DNA from: Toensbergia leucococca
Taxonomy: Eukaryota
Assembly (NCBI GenBank): GCA_022813965.1
Contig: JALDZS010000187.1
Location: 1-45,171, forward strand
Length of the DNA stretch: 45,171 bases
Direction: 5' to 3'
Positions 23,994-35,499 of the stretch are shown one piece after another. A program made the position numbers and the translations under genes. The notes beneath the pieces were generated by a model. The model saw nothing but the letters and a program-made list of their open reading frames with translations. It had not been told where the DNA came from and searched no databases. Every line of letters starts with the position of its first letter. Position 1 is the stretch's first letter.

Positions 23994-26900
23994 ATGGCCT
24001 CCCGTAGCTCTCGAGGTGCTCAAGAAGTCCACCTCCTTCCACTCACAGACGCTGGTTCCCCCGATGTAGCTGGAGGCTACATTTACCTACCACCTCCCTC
24101 GGACCCTGCCTATGTCGTTCGCTTTGCAATTGAGGGGACAAGCTCTATCTGTCGTCAGGGCAGCTTATGGGTCAATGTTCCTCCAGCGGGAAGCCAATTC
24201 GAACCTGACAGCTTCCGTGAGTTCAAGTAGGTTGCTTCCGGCGCTTTCCGAGCTGGCTTCAAGCTGAATGGGTATGCAGGCTACATCCTGATTTCAGTCG
24301 AACCCTCGAGATCGATGTTCCTATACATATAGCTGGTGCATTCGCATTCTACACGACCTATACGCCCCTCCCAGACTTCTCAGCATCACAAACTTCATCC
24401 CCAGTACCTACCAAAACGCCGACATACTATATCGATGTCTCCCCAAAGCTTATCCTCAACGAGGCTCCCTTGCCTCTCGATGCTTTGTCGGTCTTCTCGG
24501 TGATATCCAAGTTCATGGGTGAATACCCCAAAGACTGGGAGAAACACCTTCAGGGCATTGGGGAGCGAGGATACAACATGATTCATTTCACACCCCTGAT
24601 GGAGAGGGGAGACTCTAATTCCCCCTACAGCATCTATAATCAATTAGAATTTGACCCACTATGTTTCCCAAGTGGCGAGGATGATGTTGCCACCATGTTG
24701 AGTACAATGGAAAAGGAGCACGGATTACTAGGCTTGACCGACGTCGTTTTCAACCACACAGCAAACAACAGCCCGTGGCTACAGGAACATCCAGAAGCAG
24801 GGTATAACGTCAATACGGCACCGTGGCTGCAGTCGGCTTTGGAACTTGACACGGCATTGCTGCAGTTCGGCCTCGACCTTGAGAAACTTGGACTGCCATG
24901 TCTTCTAAATAGTGTTGAGGATTTGCTCAGGATTATGGACGGTGTGAAGGTCCATGTCCTTGACAAATTGAATCTCTGGCAATTCTACGTCGTGAATGTC
25001 GAGCATAATGCTCAAGCAACAGTCGATGCATGGGTAGAAGACGCCATCAGCTTCCCTGACGGCGGCTTTGGAGGCTCTGGCGTTGGCGGTTTAGAAGGTG
25101 TCAAGGATTGGTCACTGAAGGAAAAAGCCGACTTCCTGCTTGCCAAGGGATTCGTTGGTGCAACGCATTTAGGACCGCGATTCCATCGTCGTATAGATCC
25201 AAAGGTTGGAGCTGGTCTTCTGACCATCATATACGGCCGTTATGACTCTACGGACAACGGTGCTCCCGATCAAGGGGCCGCTCTTAATACCATAAAGCGT
25301 ATTCTTGACGAGATCAACCTTGCGTTCTATCGAGAATTCAACACAGACCAAACGGAAATATTAGAGCAACTCTCCAATCGAGTGAAGTATGTTCGATTGG
25401 ATGATCATGGTCCAAAACTTGGCCCCATCAACGTAGAAAACCCACTCATCGAATCGTATTTTACAAGGCTTCCATCCAACAAGACTACCGAAAAGCATAG
25501 TCCAAACAGCATGGCCCTTGCGAATAATGGGTGGATCTGGGCTGCAGATGCCATGAAGGACAATGCCGGTCCTGACTCTCGAGCGTATCTCCGTAGGGAA
25601 GTTATTGTCTGGAGTGACTGCGTGAAATTGAGATACGGCCAATCACCTGAAGATAATCCGTTTCTGTGGGACTTTATGGCAAGATATACCCGTCTCATGG
25701 CGAAGCACTTTGCGGGTTTCCGTATCGATAATTGTCACTCCACTCCACTGGTTGTTGCCGAATACCTTCTGCACGAAGCTCGTAAGATCAGGCCAAATCT
25801 GGCAGTCTTTGCAGAGCTTTTTACCGGATCCGAAGAGATGGACTTTGTCTTTGTAGAGAGACTAGGGTTGAGTGCTCTGATCAGGGAGGCGATGCAAGCT
25901 TGGTCTACCGGAGAACTCAGTCGTCTGGTTCACCGACATGGCGGCAGGCCGATTGGGAGTTTCGAAATTGATGAGGTCTCGGGCAATGATAAGGCTAACA
26001 TGCCTAACGGTCATGGGAGCCACGGTGGCGGTACATTCCACAAGACTGAGGTCGTACATAAAATCAAGCAAAGCCCAGTACACGCCTTATTCATGGATTG
26101 TACTCATGATAACGAAGTACCAGCACAGAAACGCGACGCTAGGGATACGTTGCCAACAGCTGCATTGGTAAACATGTGCGCATGTGCGACCGGCAGTGTC
26201 ATGGGATTCGACGAGATCTATCCCGAATTGATCAATCTGGTCCATGAAAAGCGACTCTACTCATCCCCATATTCCGGCCACAAAGTCACGGTTGGAGGCG
26301 ACGACGGTGGGATTGGCGGCATCAAGAAATTGCTCAATCAGATCCATACCTTGATGGGCAAAGACGGGTACGACGAAACCCATATTCACCATGAAGGCCA
26401 ATATGTCACTGTTCATCGAGTACATCCAAAGACGAGAAAGGGGTTTTATGCCATTGCCCACACGGCTTTCCCGGGCTATGGAAATGGAAATGGGGGTCTT
26501 AGTCCGGTCCATCTTACTGGGACAAAGGCAAAGCTTTGGGGGAGTTGGATGCTCGCGGTGGATGACAGCGATGCTGCCAAGAAATCTGTCCTGGCGGACA
26601 AGAAATTCCTTAAAGGTCTACCGAGTCGGGTTTTAGATCTAGGTGGCGTTGGAGTGGAAGCAAAGGCCAATGAAACCACCATCACTCTCCCGGATCAATT
26701 CCCCCCTGGAAGTATAGCGCTTTTCGAGACATGGATCCCAGGCGCCGAACATTCCGGAGGTCTTGATACTTTTGTAACGACAGGTGCCAAGGAGGCGTTC
26801 AGCGAGCTCAGTCTCGCAGACCTGAACTTTGTGTTGTATCGTTGCGAGGGAGAAGAACGAGACTCCAGCAACGGTCGAGACGGCGTTTATAATATCCCAA

Positions 26901-28776
26901 ATTTTGGGCCTCTCCTGTATGCTGGCTTACAAGGCTGGTGGACCGTTCTGAGGGACGTCATTCGGAACAATGATCTTGGTCACCCAATCTGTAACAATCT
27001 CAGGCAAGGCGATTGGGCGTTGGACGGCGTGGCTGGTCGACTCGAGCGTATGTCCAAAGAGGACGGATACTCTTCGTTGCAACAGCCGGCAGCCTGGCTC
27101 GAGGATCGATTCAAGGCCATTAAGAAAATTCCAAGCTTTCTTTTGCCTCGGTACTTTGCTTTAGTGATTCAGACTGCGTACGGGGCTGCTTGGAACAGGG
27201 GACTGGAGCTCATGAATGACGATATTCGCCATGGGCAAGAGTTTGTCCAGAGCCTAGCAATGACCAGTATTCAGCACACCGGCTACATGAAAACCGCATC
27301 TCTCTGGCCAGACAAGAGTGTTCCCTCGTTGGCGGCAGGCTTACCTCATTTCTCCTCGGGTTGGGCGCGATGCTGGGGACGAGACATCTTCATCTCTTTG
27401 AGAGGTTTGTTTCTCGCTACCGGTCGATACGAAGATGCAAAGGAGCATATCCTCGCCTTTGCTAGCGTACTGAAGCATGGAATGATACCTAACCTCTTGA
27501 ATAGTGGAACAGAGCCACGGTACAACTCTAGAGACTCGATTTGGTTCTTTCTACAGAACATCCAAGACTACACGAAAATTGTGCCTAACGGACTAGAATT
27601 CCTGAAGGAATCGGTCCCCAGGCGCTTTCTGCCATACGACGATACGCATTTGGAGCTCAATGACCCAAGAGCTTACTCGACACATTCCACGATGGCGGAA
27701 GTTGTTCAAGAAGCTTTGCAACGGCATGCTACCGGTCTATCGTTTCGGGAAGCCAATGCTGGGTCGCGCTTAGACGAGCAGATGAAGCCAGAAGGGTTTC
27801 AGATTGATGTCAAGGTCGACTGGGATACTGGTATCATCTTCGGTGGAAGTCAGTCAAATTGTGGAACATGGATGGACAAGATGGGTGAAAGCAGCCGAGC
27901 TGGGAGTAAAGGTGTGCCTGGGACTCCTAGAGACGGAGCCGCTATCGAGGTCACTGGTCTGCTGTACAGCACTCTTGTCTGGGTAGCTCAGCTCTTCAAG
28001 GACGGCAAGTATCAGTGGGATGGTGTCAAGAACAGCGATGGTGGAAGTGTCTCGTTCGAGGACTGGGCCACTCGATTACAGAAGAACTTCGAGCGATGCT
28101 ACTATGTTCCGATGGAAGCGGAAGATGACACCGAGTACGACGTCAATCCAGCCATTATCAACCATCGTGGTATCTACAAGGATCTGTATAAATCTGGTAA
28201 AGAGTACGAAGACTATCAACTTCGGGCGAATTTCCCCATCGCCATGACCGTTGCTCCTCAACTGTTTAGCCCTGACAAGGCCTTGCATGCTCTCGAGATT
28301 GCCGATTCGGTAACTCGTGGTCCAATGGGAATCGCTACGTTGGATCCCGGAGACCTGAATTATCGGCCGTATTACATCAACTCTGAAGATTCGACGGATT
28401 TTGCCACGTCCAAAGGCCGCAATTATCACCAAGGACCGGAATGGCTGTGGCCAACGGGCTTTTTCCTCCGTGCGTTGCTGAAGTTTGATCTTATGCGACG
28501 GACCACCAAGGAGGAGAAAACGGAGAGCTTTCAGCAAATTACGAGAAGGCTCGAAGGGTGCAAGAAGCAGATTCGGGACTCGCCTTGGGCAGGCTTGCCC
28601 GAGTTGACGCAGAAGAACGGCGAGTTCTGCGGTGATTCGGTGAGTTTGGATCATGTTTTTGTTGTTGTGTTTGATGAACGTGGCTGATTTTCTTGAGGCA
28701 GAATCCGACGCAAGCGTGGTCGTCAGGCTGCTTGTTGGATTTGTTTTACGATGCTCGGGAATTTTCGAGGCAATAA
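23994..28776 (+). CDS. GDB1: Glycogen debranching enzyme (4-alpha-glucanotransferase/amylo-1,6-glucosidase), about 1555 aa, 3 exons (23994-24226, 24280-28639, 28702-28776)
   Basis: Motifs GYNMIHFTPL, GFRIDNCHSTP, MDCTHDNE, RCWGRD, TWMDKMGES, YHQGPEWLW and C-terminal PTQAWS. Canonical introns. Confidence 0.98.
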
Positions 28777-29779
28777 TGGGTCGAAGGGGGGTTGTTGCGT
28801 TTTGACGGTCGCGGTGATGATTCGGTGTGGCGTTGGGGAGAGGGAAAAAATGGGGTTGCTGCGGTGTAGATGAGTTCAGCACTCGTCGTTTTCCTGTACA
28901 TTGTCGAAGTTTGCTAGGCCGTAGCTTATCATTGTGAAGTATCCATACCAATCGCTCTCTCTGATTTTCATTTTCCTTTCCGATTGACTTGATGGATCGA
29001 GCTGGGCACATGGGGGTCCATGGATGGGGAGTCCTCTACGGCAGAGCTGCCCTCTGACCATCCTCCTTTGAATGGCGCCGCTGTTTACTCGATCCAGCCC
29101 CGATCTGTATACGAACGTGTTCACTCTTAGCCACCCAAGCAATGTGTGAGGGATCATCCTGATTTGTGCCATCTTTTCATTGCTTTCCCCCCCCCCGGCT
29201 TGTGCTTCTCGTCATTTCTATGCTAACCTCCTCTCAAGCCTCTATCTTTCTATCCATCCATATCTCTATCTCTATCTCTACATCAAAATAACGTGTGCAA
29301 GGTGATTGATTCTGCGGGTGGGGTTTTGGCGTCTTTTGGTGGTGTTTTTTTTTGTGTGTTTTCTTTTTTTTTGTGCGAGGGTTTTTGGGTTGGTTTGGTC
29401 GGTTTGTTGGTTGGTTTGTGCGTGGTATGGGGGGGAGGTGTGTGTGTGAGTAGGTTTTGAGCGGGTTGAGGGGGGTTGAGGGGTTTTGTTTGTGGTTTTG
29501 TCTTTGTGGTTTTGTATTTTTTATACCCTGCCTATGATACGCCGGGTTGGGTTGGGTTTGTTTAGGTTGGGTTGCGTTGCGTTGCGTTCTTTGAGTCAAG
29601 AAGGCTTTGAATGGCTTTGAATGGCTTTTTTGATGTGTTTTGGGAGATGCGGGTGTGGGTTTTGCGTGCGTTTGAATTCTTTTGTTTCAAGGGGGGGGAA
29701 GGGAGGGAATGGTGAGGGAGGGTGAGTGAGGGGCTGACTGAGATAGTTGAGTAGGGGAGAGAACGGTGAGGGAGGGGGT

Positions 29780-29930
29780 GGTAGGTAGGTAGGTGGGTGG
29801 AGGTAGGTATAGGTAGGTATAGGTAGGTATAGGTAGGTATAGGTAGGTATAGGTAGGTATAGGTAGGTATAGGTAGGTAGGTAGGTAGGTAGGTAAGCAG
29901 GCAGGTATAGGTATAGGTAGAGGTATAGGT
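29780..29930. repeat. Compound micro/minisatellite (AGGT)n / (AGGTAGGTAT)x7 / (AGGTAT)n
   Basis: Seven exact 10-mers at 29801-29870, flanked by AGGT and AGGTAT repeats. Confidence 0.95.
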
Positions 29931-30993
29931 GTGCAATGAATTGAGATTACTTTTGATAGAGAATTTCAATGTTCTAAGGTCATTGTATTTGATTCCTTTT
30001 TGCTGAGAGTTATTATGAATGTTGTTTGAGCTGAGATCACCTGAGGGGGACTTGAGGGGAAGAGAAGAAGAAAGGTGAGATGTGTGACTACTGTGAGGTG
30101 AGTAAGTTGTAAGCTCTGAGATAATTTTGATGAGTGGGGGGCTTGGTCTTGCATCATTACCTTTCAGGCGTGGGAAAGTGAAAATCGAGGCATAGCTGAT
30201 ATCGAAAAACCTTCCTCTTTGGCTGCTGTTAAGGGCATCACAGTCTAACCCACCTTTTTCATTTTAGAGGAGGTCGGTTCTACCGATGATCAAAACCCTG
30301 GAGAGCATGCTAGACGCCGTGAATCACACACAGGTAAAATATGTCTTGAGTGTGAGAGTCTGAATTCATTTTGAGGGGGGGGGGGAAAGATGTATTAGGG
30401 GAGGGAAGGATTTCTTTTTGATTGAGGGGGTGAGGTGATGCCGACCTAGCCGCGCTTGGGGATTATGAGGCATCATCAGCGGGTAGAGCGAGCTGTGATG
30501 ATATTGCTGGCGATCTGACAGACATGGAGTAAATGCTCGATTTCCACATCCACCCAGCTTTCTTTTCTCAAAGCAGCGTGTTGGCAGCTGACTAGGGGAA
30601 AAGGGCGGATCTGGATCTGGATTGTATGTAGCAAGGGCGCGGCGCGAAAACGAGAATTGGGATTTTTAACTCAACGAAAAGCGTTGCTTTTTGTGCTGGA
30701 ATTAACGGCGTTGATTGTTTCTGGAAAGCTGGTGTTGTTGAAATGGGAAGAGAGAGATGTGAAGATGTGGGTGGTGCGAGTGGGAGTTTGAGATGGGAAG
30801 AACGATACACAGGGAGGATCAGCAGACAACTTTTCAAAACAAGTCAAACAGGTATATCGAAGGCGTTGTTGTACAAAATCACCATTAATTAGGAAAGAAA
30901 GAAATATACAATATGAAATCACAGATTACCACACCCCGAGTATCCATAAAACTCCTCCATTCTTTCATCCACTGGAAAAGCCTGCTGCTGCTC

Positions 30994-31776
30994 TCAGTCC
31001 AACCCAAGCCTCTCGACATCTCGAATCGCTTGTCGAGCACTTGAATCACTGTATCGACTCCTGCTAGACCAAGGCATCTGATGCCGAAACCTCCGACGTA
31101 GCCAACGCAGGACACGTCGGCGTCGACGTGTCCGTGATTGCAAAGGGCTAGATTCGGGCGGCGGCATCATAGGCTGAGAATGTCTTCGGGGTGCTAATGT
31201 AGTGCTGGGAGGAGCATCACTGCCGTTGTTAAGATTACCATATACTGCCGCGGAAGGATCTGTCAGTATTGAAGGATCAGGCAGGCCTCGTTCTAAGTCG
31301 CTACCAGGTTCATGTGGGCGAAAAGTTGGGCTGTGTGTTTGATTGATGATGGTAGGTGTGTATAAATAAGGACTGTGTTGAGCTGATGAAATCAGTTTCA
31401 TAAAGCATATTGTCGTATCAAGCAATCTTACGGAATATCACATCATGCAGTCGGCTTTCTGCAAATCCTACATCATTTGTCTCGAGGCTCTCACCTATTG
31501 TTTATTTAGCGTAGATGGCCAAGGAGGATTCGGAGACTCACCTTGTCCTTCGAGAAGTTGGCGTACAGTTGGCATTGTTTGCGAGACGTTGGGCGAGACC
31601 TGGGAATGAAACGTTCGAGAGAAGACGGTATCCTCCTCGTCACTGTTATGTGCGGCCTCCACCCCTGGAGGTCTCCTACCGAACCCGTGCTCCTGACTGA
31701 CTGCAGATGGTATTTGATGAGTGTGGCCATTCCGAGTGTTGCCCTCACCTCGACGTTGTTGATCACGAAATTCCAT
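30994..31776 (-). CDS. Hypothetical disordered protein, about 228 aa, 3 exons (31776-31542, 31494-31432, 31382-30994)
   Basis: Two canonical introns (GTGAGT..CTAAA..TAG; GTAAGA..CTGAT..CAG) join three frames without stops. Arg-rich C-terminal patch RTRRRRRVLRWLRRRFR. Confidence 0.7.
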
Positions 31777-32775
31777 TTCAGATTATTAGGGGTAAGCCTT
31801 GCTTTCGAGGCAATATGTATGTGGATCAACATCGAACAAGGTACCACCAGGACGTTCAAACGGCAGAGTAGCTGCCACGTGGAATTCAATGCTCTGATGT
31901 GGAAGGGGTCGTAAGGCGTTAAAGAAAAGGTTGAACACCCGGCTGATACACACTGCAAAGAAAAAATAAAAGAAATGACAGGATGAAGTGTTTTGCTGGC
32001 AGCGGGCAACGATGTTACGGCTTCATCAACGGTCTAATGTGCTAGAGCTATGACTATCCATCACGGATTGTGACGAGGGTCTCACTGCAAAATAGGAGTT
32101 GAAATTATCATTGCCGTGTACCTGAACAGGCATACCAAAGATATCGCAATGACCGATTCTGGAATAGTATCAGGCTCAGCAGAGGCGCGAAAACTTGTCC
32201 TGCATAAAAGTACGGTCCACAATAGGCACGATAAGGCTCTCATTGCACATGAAGGAGTGAGAAGACTCGTTCCGGGGATGTCGGCTGCACTTCCGCGTGC
32301 TGCTGTAACCTCGTCTCCGCAGATGAATTGTATTCTGGAACAAACGAAGTTGTTTTAGATCAGAGGCGGTGAGCGCATCTGGTCATGTGAGAGTTTGAGG
32401 CAGAGAAACTCGAGAGCTGAAAAGTGAGAAGCGCTATAAAGTCTTTGGCGTATCCCTAATCAGTCTGCCCCTCCATAACACCGTCCGGTGGTCCAATGAC
32501 AGCGATATTCTTCCATCTCGTCCAGCTAGAAAGATTGCAAGAGACAACGTGCTATTTTTGATCATCAATGGGGTTGGAACGCTTCGCAGAAGGAAGGTTG
32601 CCTGAAGATATGCCTGATGGCTAGTACATCTTTGTTCATATGGCACGTATGGCACAAGCGAATCATAACCCCAGCTTCATTAGTGCATCCGGCAATTGGT
32701 AACATTAAATCGTTAGGCCCTAAGACATGAAAGCTATTTGACCATGCAGTTCATGCTACATGGAAGATCTGAAGA

Positions 32776-33378
32776 TCACTTCGGGGCAGTCCCTCGATCC
32801 GCCGGATCATTGTCCATACTGGATTGAATGTAATGGCGTAGTGCCACCCATCTCTTGCCATTGATGTCGCCGGCGTTATCGACTCCATCGTGTCGTTCCA
32901 CACCGCTCTGGCTGGCGGAAGAATTGGCCAATTGCGCTAAATTCTTACCAAAGCGATCCCTCTCCAAGTTAATCAAAGCCTCCTTTTTTTTCATCGCCCC
33001 CGGCTTGCTTTTCAAACTCTTCTGACGAGTGACCACACCACCTGTGCCTTCATCACGCTGCCGATCAACGTTGGCTGATGGTAAGGCGTGGGCCAAAGAC
33101 TCCAGATTGGCGACGAGCTTTTTGGAGGGCCGTCTTCGCTTCCGGATTCCTCCTCCCGCCTTTTTCTTTTCGATGCGCGAGATCAGGGTGGAGTGGCGTA
33201 TTGTCCGCTTATCTTTCTTCGTAGATCTGAATGCACTTTTCGAGTCGTTTTGCTGGAATCTCGGCTTGCTCGAGCTGAAATTCCGGGATCGAAGGGGTTT
33301 TGAGGAAGCCTTACTATTGTGGGGAGCCTGGTATCTTTAGCTTTGTTTGGATTCAACAAGTTCTGGTCGACATACCAT
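32776..33378 (-). CDS. SLX9: Ribosome biogenesis protein Slx9/FAM207A-like, 184 aa; exon 1 is the ATG alone (33378-33376), exon 2 is 33327-32776
   Basis: MAPHNSK..KKDKRTIRHSTLISRIEK..KRRRPSKKLVANLESLAHALP..KSLKSKPGAMKKKEALINLERDRFGKNLA..RWVALRHYI. Intron GTATGT..CTAAA..CAG. Confidence 0.85.
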
Positions 33379-33588
33379 GATAATTGTTAATGAGTATGCT
33401 GTGTCTGATGGACGGATACTCTGTATCGACTGTGTAGTCTCGGTGTTTTGAGTTTGGCGTTGCGGGCCGACCCATAAATTCACCACCATCTAAGGTAGAA
33501 CTATTTAGGTATTTAGATTAGGGCTAAATTCCAAATCCTTACTCTGCCTCCAACAGCGTACGTGTCATGTCTAGGGCGTCAAAGCACA

Positions 33589-35147
33589 ATGGACAGTCAC
33601 AATCATGACCTTGATGGCTTACGTGCCCAAGTCAACTCACTCGAATTGCAACTGGCTAATGCCAAGAAACAACTTGACGTGGCAGAGTCTCAACTGAAAC
33701 ATGAAGTACACCGAGACCCTGCGAGTATCCATGTCCGTATCCGTACTCCGCCACCAACATTGGAAGCACTGGGCAATTGGACATGGCCCTTGGAGGCACA
33801 AGAGTATATCAGATATGGTAGACAGATGATCATGCCAGAGGTAGCTCTCCGAGGTGCGTTGGAAGAGATACGATGCTTTCTTCCTCCTTCTCATCTGCTC
33901 AACAGGACAGCTCAACCTCAAAAGCGCGTCGGTGCTCATCGTCGGTCTTGGTGGATTAGGATGCCCGGCAGCAGCCTACCTGGCTGGTGCAGGAGTGGGC
34001 ACAATTGGTCTTGTGGACGGAGATATCATAGAGCTCTCCAACCTACATCGCCAGATTCTACACTCTACAACCAAGCTCGGCATGTCAAAAGTCGACAGCG
34101 CAATTGATTATCTACGCCAGTGAGTCGAGTAGTTTCAACTGCATCACTCCGTCTGATTAACAAAGGCTCAATCCACAGGTCAATTACAACGCTCACCCAA
34201 CCCATTTCAGTCCTTCGACTGCCTTGGAGACCCTAAAACCCTACGATATCGTCCTCGATTGCACCGATCATCCCACTTCCCGATATCTTATCTCAGATGC
34301 AGCTGTATTAGCAAGCAAACCTCTTGTCTCGGCATCCGCTCTCAAAACAGAAGGGCAGCTGATGGTCCTCAACAACCCTCCTGGCAGACAAGCAGGGGCA
34401 GACGGTGGGCCTTGCTATCGATGTATCTTCCCTAAGCCTCCGCTCGCCGAAAGCGTGCTAAGCTGCGGAGAAGGCGGTATCCTAGGCCCGGTTGTAGGCG
34501 TTATGGGAATACTCATGGCTGTTGAAGCAATCAAGATGATAGTGGCTGGTCTTGATCCCTCACTACAGGATAACATACAAAACAATAATGCCCCGACCAA
34601 GGGCCCTCCCTCGCTGCTTCTCTACTCTGCCTTTACCAATCCTCAATTTCGAAGCATTCGCCTGCGTGGCAGACGACCCCAATGCGTGGCATGTTCTGAA
34701 AAAGCAACCATCACCTGGCGATCGTTGACGTCTGGATCCCTAGATTACAATAAATTCTGCGGCATAGCAAATCCAATAAACATACTTACCGACAATGAAA
34801 GAATAACAGCCCGTGAATACCAGAGTATCCTTCAAAACAATTCAAAACGTCATCTCCTCCTAGACGTTCGAGACAAAGTTCAGTTCAACATTTGCCATCT
34901 CGGCGGGAGTATCAACATTCCCATTCTCGATCTAGAGAGCAATTCTTCCGACACACCCTTTCTTGACGAAGAACTTTTGACTACTCCTATCTACGTTGTA
35001 TGTCGTCTTGGAAACGATTCGCAACGAGCTGTTCAGAAGCTCAAATCTCGTGGATGTGATCACGACGGCCAGAGATACATTGCAGACATTACGGGAGGGT
35101 TTCGAGCGTGGAAACAAGAGGTGGATTCAAACTGGCCTGAATATTGA
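33589..35147 (+). CDS. UBA4: Adenylyltransferase/sulfurtransferase Uba4/MOCS3 (ThiF plus rhodanese), 486 aa, 3 exons (33589-33853, 33906-34119, 34166-35147)
   Basis: [66 protein letters not shown] and rhodanese loop CRLGNDSQ. Confidence 0.97.
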
Positions 35148-35499
35148 GAACAAAGGACGGGTCGAATTAGTCCTGTGCTAGAAAGCCGATGGATAGTTCG
35201 AGCTCTCCGGGAAGCAATTACACGAGTGGGCTTGTGAGGTACATCATAATCATGATAATGACGCCTCCACACCCCGCCTAATGGACGGGAAGTGCATTGA
35301 CTAGGTGGATTTAGCAGAAAATAAGATTCGTGACTCACTTCCACAAGGTAGAAGCTGAAAAAGCAGTGGTTCGAGAACACATGGCTGTCTGACAAGTCAA
35401 AAACCCGTGAAGAGCGCAAATATCCAGTACTAAAGAACTATTCTGCTCTCTCCAGGCCTCCCTCGGAAAGTAAAACTTCGAAGAGCTCAAAAGTCTGTC

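Noticed and set aside
24395..29011. Antisense and alternate-frame ORFs over GDB1, including the 311-aa one
   Set aside because: Shadow ORFs of a long coding sequence with no recognisable motifs.
29234..29969. ORFs with TYLYLPIP repeats; telomere-like repeat
   Set aside because: Translations of the satellite. The unit is TAGG/TAGGTA, not TTAGGG.
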